This document shows positions 12,806 to 23,526 of a DNA stretch of 64,000 bases, piece after piece. The first letter of the stretch is position 1; each line of letters opens with the position of its first letter. The DNA is from Leucoraja erinacea (lineage: Eukaryota). Made by a program: the position numbers and the translations under genes. The notes under the pieces were generated by a model, which was not told the origin of the DNA, made no database searches, and worked only from the letters and a program-made list of their open reading frames with translations. The stretch covers positions 11,346,001 through 11,410,000 of the forward strand of contig NC_073409.1 in assembly GCF_028641065.1 (NCBI RefSeq). The letters are read 5' to 3'.

Positions 12806-13829
12806 AAAGTCTCTCTTATCTCCCCAGCCCAGAGATGCCATTATAGTACTACTGTTGAGCATGTTACCATAGTAAAGACTCTGGGCTTGAGTGAGCTGTG
12901 TAGTCAAACAAAAATTGGGAAGCTGCTGTCTGTCCACAGCATTGCCCACACTCACTGTGAAGATCATCCCCCATTTCAACATTGAGCAGGCAATTCACTC
13001 TCCCCATCCAGTCCAAGGCCAGCCCTCATCGGCAGCCAAACCACAGCAAGGTTTGCTGAATGATCAGTGTTGCGTCAGGTTACTGGCACAGTCTGTGAAG
13101 TTATGGACGGAAGGACCACATTCAGTAAACAGCATCCTAATGAACTAGAGCACGGAGCAAGGTATTGGTATGTAGCCCCACGTCCTTCTGTTCCTTTACC
13201 TCACTCAATAGCCTCCCACATATCTTACATTCCCTTGCTTTAGCTTACACGTCTTTGAAATCAAGATACCTTTTGTCAAATCGATCAAAACATAGTTTTA
13301 TTTCTCACCAACGTTTGTATCATCTGTAAATTTCCTTATCAGTCCCCTAACGTTTCGATCCCCATCGACAATAATATGTACTACCAAAAGCAACAGACCT
13401 AACACTGGGTCCTGCGGAATTCCCCTGATAAGCCTTTTAGTCACAAAAACACTTGCGAACTTTTACTTCGTGTCACTAAATCAATTTTACATTAAATTGG
13501 ACATTGTTTTTGATCGCACGTTCTTTTGGACATGGTACCGGTCTGCAATGTCATTTTCTCTCCACAGCTTCACTAAACCCACCTGGAAAACATCAAACAT
13601 TGAGGGGTGGGGGTCTAATCTCCCTCCCACCTCCCAAATGTATTAAAAAAATCTGCAGCCACTTTCAGAACCTTCGAGCCGAGGGAATTTGTCCGTTTTT
13701 ATGGTGTACTCGTGGTGGAGATGGTTCTCGCATCCTCCGGGAAATCCTATTATTGAACTGATTGAGAGCGGGCACCGCTGCCCATTTCTGCCCGACCTGG
13801 ATATTTGGAGAAGGGCTGCTTCTATCTGC

Positions 13830-14410
13830 CAACCCCCGGGTTCGCACTGACCCAGCTCTACAACTACCCTGTGCGCCATTCCCTTCCCGCCCGGGCCCGA
13901 CTCATAGGGGGCGAGCCGAGATTCGGCCCTGGCCCGCGGACGGAGAATCCAGCGAACGCCCGGGCCTCCAGGCCCGGACAGGCAGCAACCCGGGACAGGA
14001 CACATCCCGACGGTATTAGCCGTAGCCTTGCTCTCGCCGCACTCGGGGCAACAGGAAGCGTGCGGCGGCCCGGGGCCCGGCGCCTTTCCGGGGGAAGTCG
14101 ATTATTGTTTAAGGCGCAGAGAAAGGGATCAACTTCCACATCCGGTCGGCCATCGCCTCAGCGTGACCTGGAAAAGCTTCAGGCCGCCCGCGCGGGGAGC
14201 AGGAGCCTGCATCTACCTCTCACTGCGACTTTCACCTACCTCGACCGCCGTCTCTGGCTCCGGGTCGGTGTGAGGTTCGGGCTGAGGACGGGCGCCGCGT
14301 GCCGCAGGCCCCGCGCTGGCATACAGCGCAAGGCGGACCGCGGAGGGCGAAGGTGGGCGCACGTGACCCGGGCCGCGCGCTGAGGCCACAGCCGCCGCCA
14401 TCTTGGTGCA
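13830..14410 (-). promoter_or_regulatory. GABPB1: CpG island / GABPB1 promoter with probable non-coding exon 1 (about 14405..14240)
   Basis: GC- and CpG-rich stretch; minus-strand donor cgag|GTAGGT at 14240/14239; YY1 motif CCAAGATGGCGGCGGC (minus, 14391-14406); E-box CACGTGAC at about 14360-14367. Confidence 0.7.
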
Positions 14411-14423
14411 GGAATCATCGACA

Positions 14424-15290
14424 CATAGAAAATAGGTGTAGGCCATTCGGCCCTTCGAGCCAGCACCGCCATTCAATATGATCATTGCTGATCATCCAAA
14501 ATCATTACCCCGTTCAGGCTTTCCCCCCATATCCCTTGATTCCCTTAGCCCTAAGAGCTAAATCTAACTTTTGAAAACATCTAGTGAATTGGCCTCCACT
14601 GCCTTCTGTGGCAGGGAATTCCACAGATTCACAACTCTCTGGGTGAAAACGTTTTCCTCATCTCAGTCCTAAATGGCCTACCTTATTCTTAAACTGTGAT
14701 CCCTGGTTCTGGACTCCCTCAACATAGGGAACATTTATCCTGCATTGAGCCTGTCCATTCCCTTAAGTATGTTATATGTTTCTATAAGATCCCTCTAAAT
14801 TCCAGTGAATACAAGCTCAGTCGATCTATTTCATCATATGTCAGTCCTGCCATCCTGGGACATAACCTGGTGAACCTACTCTGCACTCCCTCAATAGCAA
14901 TAATGTCCTTCCTCGAATTAGGAGACCAAAATTGCACACAATACTCCAGGTATGGTCTCACCAGTGCCCTGTACAACTGCAGTAGGACCTCCTTGTTCCT
15001 ATATTCAAATCCTCTCGCAACAAAGGCCAACATGCCATTTGCTTTCTTCACTGCCTGCTGTACCTACGTGCTTACTTTCAGTGACTGATGTATAAGGACA
15101 CTCAGGTTTCATTGCACCTCCCCTTTTCTGAATCTAACACCATTCAGATAATAACCTGCCTTCTTGTTCTTGCCACCAAAGTGGATAACCTCACATTTAT
15201 CCACATTATATTGCATCTGCCATGCATCTGCCCATTCACCCAACCTATCCAAGTCATCCTGTAGCCTCATAGTATCCTCTTCACAGCTCA
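14424..15290 (-). mobile_element. CR1/HER1 LINE 3' fragment abutting the GABPB1 promoter
   Basis: ORF KKANGMLAFVARGFEYRNKEVLLQLYRALVRPYLEYCVQFWSP; 3' tail catagaaaataggtg on +. Confidence 0.85.
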
Positions 15291-15561
15291 TGGTCGCTAC
15301 GTTCTATAACAATCCACATGGACCTAGGTACATATTTCTATGAAAGTGATGACACAGTTTGACAGGATGATGAAGGCGACATTTAGCAGGCTGATTGTTG
15401 TATAGTTCCCAGAATTGAGACATAATGTTTGAAACTTGTGCATTATACTGTGTGATACTTTTTCACATGAGAGTTGTGAGTCTGTGGATCCATTCTCTGG
15501 ATGCTTTCAAGAGAGAGTTAGATAGAGCTCTTAAAGATTGCGGAGTCAAGGGATATGGGGA

Positions 15562-16215
15562 AGTCAAGTCAAGTCAAGTTTATTTGTCACATACACATAC
15601 GAGATGTGCAGTGAAATGAAAGTGGCAATGCTCGCGGGTTTTTTGTGCAAAAGACAAACAACAAAGCAACCAAACAAATTATAAACACAATCATAACACA
15701 CATATTCTTTTACATAATAAATAATAGAAGGAAAAACGTTCTGTAGAGTTAGTCCCTGGTGAGATAGGCGTTTACAGTCCGAATTGCCTCTGGGAAGAAA
15801 CTCCTTCTCAACCTCTCCGTTCTCACCGCATGGCAACGGAGGCGTTTGCCTGACCGTAGCAGCTGGAACAGTCCATTGCAGGGGTGGAAGGGGTCTCTCA
15901 TGATTTTGTTTGCTCTGGAGTTGCACCTCCTGTTGTATAGTTCCTGCAGGGGGGTGAGTGAAGTTCCCATAGTGCGTTCGGCCGAACGCACTACTCTCAG
16001 CAGAGCCTTCTTGTCCTTGGCAGAGCAATTCCCAAACCAGATGGTAATGTTACCGGACAAGATGCTTTCCACCGCCGCTGCATAGAAGCACTGGAGGATC
16101 CTCGGAGACACTCTGAATTTCCTCAATTGCCTGAGGTGGTAAAGGCGCTGCCTTGCCTTCCTCACGAGTGCCGAGGCGTGTGATGCCCATGTCATATCCT
16201 CAGAGATGTGGACTC
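15562..16215 (-). mobile_element. Rex1-type LINE 3' fragment with (CTTGA)n tail, nested in a CR1 fragment (about 15450-16315)
   Basis: ORF LRVHISEDMTW...KARQRLYHLRQLRK...SFFPEAIR; tail gtcaagtcaagtcaagtttatt. Confidence 0.8.
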
Positions 16216-18177
16216 TGAGGAATGGGGGTACTGATTGTGGATGATCAGCCATGATCACATTGAATGGCGGTGCTGGCTCAAAAGGCCGAATGACCTACTC
16301 CTGCAACTATTGTTTATTGTGTATTGTTGCAGCTCTACAATACATTGGCCACGTTTGGAGCACTGTGTATAATACTTGCGGACTGCTATAGAAAGGATCA
16401 TTAAACTGTCAAGGGTGCAACAAAGATTTACAAAGATGTTACGGGGTCTGGAAGGTTTGAGTTACCAGGAGAGCTATGGGGATCATTATGGATGCCTTTG
16501 CTACCTCCTAGAATTGTCAATGCCTATGCACTTGTGGATGATGTTTCATCAAATAATATTCACATTAGACCAGTGCAAAACAAGTTGGAATATAACCATC
16601 TAGTTTTAATCAAAGGCATTACTACCATAAAATATTTCTACAATCACCATTGATCAAAAACTCAATTGGACTATCCTCAGAAATACACTGGCTGCAAAAG
16701 TAAGTAATGCAGTGTATGACTCAATTGACATTCCATTGCCTTTCCAGCCTGATCAAATATTCATTTGCTTGGATGAGAACAGCTCTATCAATGCTCAAAA
16801 AACTCAACACCAACATCCTGGACAAAACTGCCCACTTGATTGCTACTCCATTCAATACCTGAAATACTCATTCCCTCCTATATTGGTGAACCGTTGCTTC
16901 AGTGTGTACCATCTATAAAATTCACTGCAGCTCAGCTTCTAGGCTGTAACAGACATATTCCAAACCTACACCCTCTCACTGAGCAATGTGCTATCATCTG
17001 CATTTATTACCAACCCTAACATGGAATCTAAATCCTGAAACCTCTTTCCTAATGGACCATGAACAGCTTCGCAAGAAGGGCTGCAGTAGTTAAAGTGCTC
17101 AGCAACAATTTCTCAAACAATTAGGAACAGGTAATAAATCATAATCATACTTTATTAGCCAAGTATGTTTGCAACATACAAGGAATTTGATTTGCCATAC
17201 AGTCATACCAATAATACTGATCATGTAATGAAAAATTAATATCTTTTGATTGCATCTTCCATCCTCCATAACCTGTGCTCACGTAAAAACCCTGAAATGT
17301 ATGTTGTGATATGTACATCTGTCATGCTTGTCATCTATTAATTGGCTGCAGCCTTGCAATGCTTCAAATTATTTGTGCTTCTTTAGTTTGATATCTCTGA
17401 TTGTAATAATGTAACATTAAATGCAATATCTTCAGCTGCCAAGGCTCCAAACTCCAGAATTCCACCATACATCTCCCTTTTTCTAACTTTAAAGCTGTCC
17501 TTAAAATCGATTTGGTCGTCACTCCTAATAATCTCTTAATGCAGTCTGGTTTGATAATGCTCCAGTCTTCTTAGGCATTACCTGAGGATTGAGAACGATT
17601 TGCTTCCATTATAGTTCTGTTCATTTTGAGTTAATAATGAGGCTAATTTAGAAAATGCAGACTATTTTGCAGATGGGGCAAAGATGTTTGATGATGCGGT
17701 TGGGTAGTTTGGAACCTGGTGTACAACGTCTTATTAACAATGGGGTTGTGAATCCCGTTGATTCACGGGCTAAAAGTTCTTAATACCACCATGTCCTTGC
17801 TGACTTCCACCTAGTTACATTAACCTACCCATGTTAGGAAGATAGCTCGCTATTTCATTCGTATCTGCCTATGCACCTATCTGTCTGTCAGTGTCACCTG
17901 TCCATGAATCACTTCCTTTTCTCCCCATGGTAGTCTGTGAGTCCCATATTGACCTCATCATTCACCTCAGAATCGACGTGAAACAAAGAATCGACGTGAA
18001 ACAAGTCATCCTCAACCTCAGTGAGCGAGAGCAGGCTCCTCACAGCGACACTCGAGTGCAGTCCTGAGAAATGAAGTGGCCGCTGGTGTCTTTCTAAATA
18101 TTTTAGGGGAAAATTAGGCTCGAGTCTTGGGTACATTCATCCCTTAAACTTGTCTTGGTGATGTTAATTATCTAAAT

Positions 18178-18305
18178 AGACAAAAATGCTGGAGGAACTC
18201 GGTGGGTGCAGCAGCATCTATGGAGCGAAGGAAATAGGCAACGTTTCGGGCCGAAGCCCTTCTTCAGACCGATGGGGGGCATCTGCAGTTCCTTCTTAAA
18301 CAATG
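18178..18305. mobile_element. Penelope pLTR-derived element with hammerhead core and 12-bp TSD
   Basis: TSD AATTATCTAAAT (18166-18177 and 18306-18317); minus strand GGT-CTGAAGA-A-GGGC-TTCG-GCCC-GAAA-C-GTT-GCC. Confidence 0.7.
18236..18272 (-). ncRNA. putative minimal type-I hammerhead ribozyme motif
   Basis: CUGANGA / GAAA core, helix II closed by a C(UUCG)G tetraloop, palindromic AACGUU helix III. Confidence 0.55.
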
Positions 18306-18384
18306 AATTATCTAAATGTTCTCTAATCCCATGGGACAACACTTCTTTACCACCGATTTAGATCCGGTAGATGAGTGATATTTT

Positions 18385-18800
18385 CAGCCTCCCGCCACAG
18401 ACGGCAATAGAGAGTTCCTCCTGCTTGGAGGCCGCACCCACAAAGCTTCCTTGGTTCTGGAAGATGCAACAACCCAGCTGATCGACCGGATCTTACATGC
18501 TATTGCACATGCGCACTGGGAGAATTCTGTGGTCGCGGAGTGAAACTGAGCGGAGCGGAAACGCTGGAGAGCGGCGGACTGATTCTTCACTACGTTGCGT
18601 ACGGTACCCGAGTGTTTTTTTTTTGGAAGTTACAGAACAACCGGGTTTAAGTCTCCTTGCAAGGATTCGCGGACTAAGCTTGGACTTTGATTCTGAGGTT
18701 TGGGCCTCGATTCCGAGCCGGGGCCTGGAGTCCGGAACCTTTCCATCCCCCTTCCTTCACCTCCGCGGATCGGGCCGCTAGACTACTTCCTCGAGTCTGA
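18385..18800 (+). promoter_or_regulatory. USP8: CpG-rich USP8 promoter / probable non-coding exon 1
   Basis: Local CpG enrichment 1.3-1.6 kb upstream of the USP8 ATG exon; NRF1-like GCACATGCGCA at about 18505-18515; possible weak donor cg|GTACCC at 18603/18604. Confidence 0.55.
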
Positions 18801-19419
18801 ATCTGGACCCTTGCCATCCCTGAATACAGGTCCTGGACCCCTCTGAAAAATCTGAATGTAGATCTGGCTCATGACTTGTGTACATCAGTCGACTGCTTTA
18901 ACGGCAGCAGAAGTACGAAGTCTAGGCATAAACCAAAATCTTGTTATTATTAGGATCAATGTTTCTGATGTCTGACCAAGCTTGGGTGTCTGGTGTTGGC
19001 CAAGCTTGTGGAAGAAGTATTGAGAAGCTTGTTTCCTTGCAGAGATGCGAGATTCAAAAGATCTGTTTGGTTGACTATTAAATGAGAATGAATCATAGTT
19101 ATATGGCATATAAATAGGTCATTTGGCCCCAACTTGCCCATGCCGACCAAGAGGTTTATCCAAACTTGTTCTATTTGCCTGTGTTTGCCTCATATCCCTT
19201 TAAATCATTTCTATCTGTAGCTATTAAATCCTTCAGGGCAGCATGTTGGCCTGGTTCATTGTTATTTTATTTCCCCCTACCCTGCACGTTGATTAAACAC
19301 ATTTCCAGTATCCATGACAGGCTTGTGATATTGCAATAATTTTGTCCTTCACAAGCCATCAGTTTACTCACAGCACAGGGCACCTGGTGGAAAACAAAAG
19401 AATTGCAAGATTTTAGTTT

Positions 19420-19690
19420 GGTGTAGAGATACAGCATGGAAGTAGGACCTTCGTCCCACCAAGTCCACACTAAACAACGATTACACTAGTTCTATGTTAT
19501 TCCTAGTTTCTTGGGCCAATTTTTACAAAAGCTAAACCTGCGTCTTTGGAATGTGGGAGTAAACGGAAGCCACCAGAGAAAACCCATGTGGTCGCAGGGA
19601 GAACTTACAAACTGCAGACAGCAGCTGTAGTCAGGATCAAAAACCCGAGTTTCTGTCGCTGTCAGGTAGCAACTCCTCCACTGTGCCCGC
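19420..19690 (-). mobile_element. HE1/V-SINE-like SINE
   Basis: Reverse complement of the V-SINE core (tgtgggagtaaacggaag...gggagaacttacaaact). Confidence 0.65.
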
Positions 19691-20037
19691 CAGTTGTCAA
19701 TTTTCACGGTTCACTAATGGGGATGTTTTGCAAGTAAGAATGAAACTGGAACTGTATCTTTCAGTCTCAATGACATCGTGGGCGTTTGTTTGACCCTTTT
19801 TGTGTTTAAAGGAAGTTCACCAAACAGGGCATTTGTTCTTTGTGTTGCCTATGAGACATTACAATACCCTTTAAAGATAACTTTAATGTTTCTTTGAATT
19901 GTTAAAGCCAGTTGGGAGCTTAATTTTTTTTTAATATTTCTGCAGCCAAATTATGTGCATATTCCAGCTGCGCCTGAAAGTAAATATAGAACGGACCACT
20001 TCTGTTCTGGACTGTTGAAGATCACAGATTTTTCAAG

Positions 20038-20141
20038 ATGCCTGCAGTTTCAAGTGATGTGAAGAAATTGTATGTGTCTACGTGTTTGGCTGATCTCAAT
20101 AAGAAAGCAGAAGTGAAACTGGAAAAGAAAAGCACTAAAAG
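20038..20141 (+). CDS. USP8: USP8 coding exon 1 (ATG at 20038; exon acceptor probably at 19946)
   Basis: MPAVSSDVKKLYVSTCLADLNKKAEVKLEKKSTK(S); donor AG|gtaagg. Confidence 0.93.
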
Positions 20142-20571
20142 GTAAGGAATGTGCAACAACATTGAAATGTGTTTTTGCAAAGTCAAGATAAATATGAGAA
20201 ACCTTAAGAGTAAACCTAACTGAAGTTTCAAAATTAAGTTTAAGATTGCTACATAGGTCATTGAGAAAATGTGCAAGCTATGCATAGACAGCATCTGAGG
20301 TCACGATTGAAACTGGTTCCGTGTGGCTTTAAGGCATCTATTTCCCTGTCATGGGTTGCTCAGTTACTCATTGTCATTTGATAAGTTGTTAATTTTATTT
20401 GTGAAGCAGAAATTAAAAAAATTTCTTCTGAGTATGACGCAACATACTCAATTCAAGTAAGAAAATCTTGTCAACACTAACTGGACGAGGGAGTAATTAT
20501 TCAACTGTTATTTATCTCCTGCACAATGCAACGATCGCATCTTTCTAAACCGTTGTCCTCTTGTTTTCTAG

Positions 20572-20716
20572 CATTGTTGCAAGCGCCTGTAAAATTTTCA
20601 AGGCTGCAGAAGAAAGTAGGTTGGACAGAGATGAAGAAAGAGCCTATGTTCTTTACATGAAGTATTTAACTATATATGATATAATTCGGAAAAGGAACGA
20701 TTATAAACATCAGCAG
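20572..20716 (+). CDS. USP8: USP8 coding exon 2 (MIT domain)
   Basis: ttctag|C ATT GTT GCA ... CAG CAG|gtac; IVASACKIFKAAEESRLDRDEERAYVLYMKY. Confidence 0.95.
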
Positions 20717-20779
20717 GTACTTACTGTTCTATTTTGTGAAATAACATTCAGCTTTTGCCATAATATTCATAGGAATTAT

Positions 20780-20960
20780 GTAAAAAAGGAACTGCAGATG
20801 CTGGTTTATGCTAGAGATGGACACAAATGCTGAAGTAACTTAGTGGGACAGGCAGCATTTGAAGAAAATAGATAAGTGAAGTTTCAGATCGGGACCCTTC
20901 ATCTGAAGAAGGGTTCTGACCCAAAACGTCATGTATCCATTTTCTTCAGAGATGCTTCTA
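20780..20960. mobile_element. Penelope pLTR-derived fold-back element
   Basis: aaggaactgcagatgctgg ... ctgaagaagggttctgacccaaaacgtc ... agagatgct. Confidence 0.65.
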
Positions 20961-21635
20961 TTGACATTTGTGCAATGATTCTCTGTTAGGCAGTGTAACA
21001 TGCAATAATGTTAGCTTGCAGTTACATAAATAAACTGATTGCTAGTGCAAAGACCTGCAATTTTTAAAATCTTGCTGGGAAAATGACTTTCTTATTAAGA
21101 GTCTGAAACACTATCCCCTAACCACCTTTCACCCCATTGCCACAATTTTTAAAAAAATATTGTGGTTTTCTTTGACACAAGGATTCGGAGGAATACAATT
21201 ATTGCATGCTAGCAGAACTACTAGTACCTGGTTTCAGTGTAAGTTCACGACAATCTGTAATACTTAATATGCTACAGATGCAGAGTAAGTTTAAACCGAT
21301 CTGTCTGAGATGAATGTTTTAGTTGGCAAATTAGGATAGACCTTCCAGTTGACCAACATAAATGGAAGGGCTGGAAGAACAACAGACAATTCAAGAATAC
21401 TTTGCAACCGTTTTTAATATCGATCAAAGACCATTGCATCTCTGCCTTTACAGGTCTGATGAAAGGTCACATAGAAAGTATTGATCTGCCTTTCATCTGC
21501 AGGCACTGATTTGAAGTTTTTATTGTCTGTTTTTAATTTGTTCTTTTATGCAGCCATTATTGTTCAGGATTGTAAAGTTGTTTCGTTTTAGGAACTGCAG
21601 AATTAGTATAATAATAACATTTATTTTCTTTGCAG

Positions 21636-21721
21636 GACTACTATGTTTCTTTACTTGGCCCGACAAGCTTCCGAAAAGCCTTAGAAGAAGCAGAAAGACT
21701 TTCTGAAAGCCTGAAATTAAG
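21636..21721 (+). CDS. USP8: USP8 coding exon 3
   Basis: ttgcag|GAC TAC TAT ... TTA AG|gtatg; DYYVSLLGPTSFRKALEEAERLSESLKL(R). Confidence 0.93.
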
Positions 21722-22255
21722 GTATGTTGTGACTCTGACTTCGTAATTCAACTAATCAGGTTGTAAGAAATAACAGGGATATACACAAGCAACTGTTTGG
21801 GCTCATCAAGCTCTACACTGCATCTATTAACCACACAGTTTTCAGAATTTAATTTATTTTAACCATTGTCCCAATTCAGTGTTAATTTAAGTTTAAATGT
21901 TTTCTCTATTTGTCTGCCATATTGCTATGAGCTGTAATACAAAAATCTTTTGTCAAATTATATCCCATAATTGGAGTGACTATATTTCCCAGCATTAATT
22001 CGGTTGAGTTACACTATATTTGGCACTTGTCCGCAATTATGTTTTTCCATGCATCTGTATTAGGGATAAATTGGAGGCCAGTTTGGCTGAAGTTTGGGCT
22101 CTGGACAGTCCTTATGTTGTTCAGCTAACTAGACTTTGCATTGGATCATAGCTGAATTGCTGTATCATATACAGCCTGTACTGAAACATGGCCATTAATG
22201 TACTGCTAATTGGTTGACTTTGAAGTGAATCTAGTATTTAATTTTAATCTGTTAG

Positions 22256-22415
22256 ATATGAGGAAGCTGAAGTACGTAAAAAGCTTGAAGAAAATGATAG
22301 GCTGCAAGAAGAGAAATGCAAAGAGCAAGAAGAAACAAAAAGCAAGGGACAAGACTACAATTTAGCAGCAGCAACCAGAGGTTCTTCAGGCCAGGTTGAG
22401 AAAGGAAACGTTAAG
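22256..22415 (+). CDS. USP8: USP8 coding exon 4
   Basis: gttag|A TAT GAG GAA GCT ... GTT AAG|gtttgt; YEEAEVRKKLEENDR... Confidence 0.9.
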
Positions 22416-23058
22416 GTTTGTAATAACCCGAGTAGAAATTATCATTTTACAATAATGTTTTTAAGAATAGAAGAACAATAAGATATAGTAGTAGACCAAA
22501 TAGCATCTTGAACCTTCTCTGCCACTTAATAAAATAGTGACTAATCTAATCACTGTGCAATACTACAGATAGTCTACTTCAGGGTTCAGTTCCTGAAAAC
22601 ACTCTGTAAAGATTTTCTTACCATGTCGGGAATGAACAATTTCAACAATTAACACAAACCTTTATTTATTGTCTTCCCTGAGTAGATACAATGGTTCACT
22701 CAATGAAATGTTATTTATTTCTTGTCTAACAAGTTTGACTCAAGACCTGCTGATCCTAACTGAAATGGGCTTGCTATTAGGGCAGATTGGGATTGGCAAT
22801 AAACGTATTCCTGGCCAGCAGTGTCTCCAAAGCTTGAAATAATTAAGGAAATTGTTCAGATACTTGACTGTAATAGATTATGAAATTATCCAACTGTTGC
22901 TACAGAAGCATATCTGACTTTAGTGAATTGCAGAATATTTTAATGCTAATGGGGGGGGGGGGGGGAGGCAAGGGGGGGGCGGGGGGGGACGCGCTCAAAT
23001 ATTCTTAATATTTGGAATGTTTACCGGCTGTTTGTAAAGCTGCTTTTCATTTGTTTAG

Positions 23059-23095
23059 GGTGACAGTGTGCTGAGCGACAAATCAGAACTCATTG
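23059..23095 (+). CDS. USP8: USP8 coding exon 5 (37 bp)
   Basis: tgtttag|GGT GAC AGT ... ATT G|gtaag; supplies the phase 0 to 1 change needed to join the flanking exons. Confidence 0.8.
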
Positions 23096-23361
23096 GTAAG
23101 ATATCTGTTATTACTGCTTAGACATTAAACTTAGAAAAGATTTTATAGCGTAAAGCAGGCTGCTCAACCCAGTTGTGCCTAAGACAATTTAATGTTCATC
23201 ATTAGTCCCTCTTATTCTTTATCTCATTCCATCAACATTTCTCATAATCCTGAACAAGTTCCTAATCACCTCCTAATCGCCTCCTAATCCTACCACCATC
23301 CCCTTCTCCTGTAGAGCTTCCTGCACAAATCAGTGGACAGCACACAAGAGTGGAATCCATG

Positions 23362-23526
23362 ACAGCATCTCTGGAGGGAAGGAATCGGTGACGTTTCGGG
23401 TCGAGATCCTTCTTCAGACGGTCACCCATTCCTTCTCTCCAGAGATGCTGCATGTCCTGCTGAGTTACTCCACCCTTTTGTGTCTATATCTTTGATTTAA
23501 ACCAGCATCGGCAGTTCTTTCCTACA
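23362..23526. mobile_element. Penelope pLTR-derived fold-back element
   Basis: gacagcatctctggag...gtgacgtttcgggtcgagatccttcttcagac / gtcacccattcc...agagatgctg. Confidence 0.7.

Noticed and set aside
12398-12982. 194-aa minus-strand ORF
   Set aside because: Runs through a Penelope-derived hairpin repeat; no recognisable domain or exon context.
13504-14485. Multiple overlapping Arg/Pro/Gly-rich ORFs
   Set aside because: Typical stop-poor CpG-island artefact at the GABPB1 promoter.
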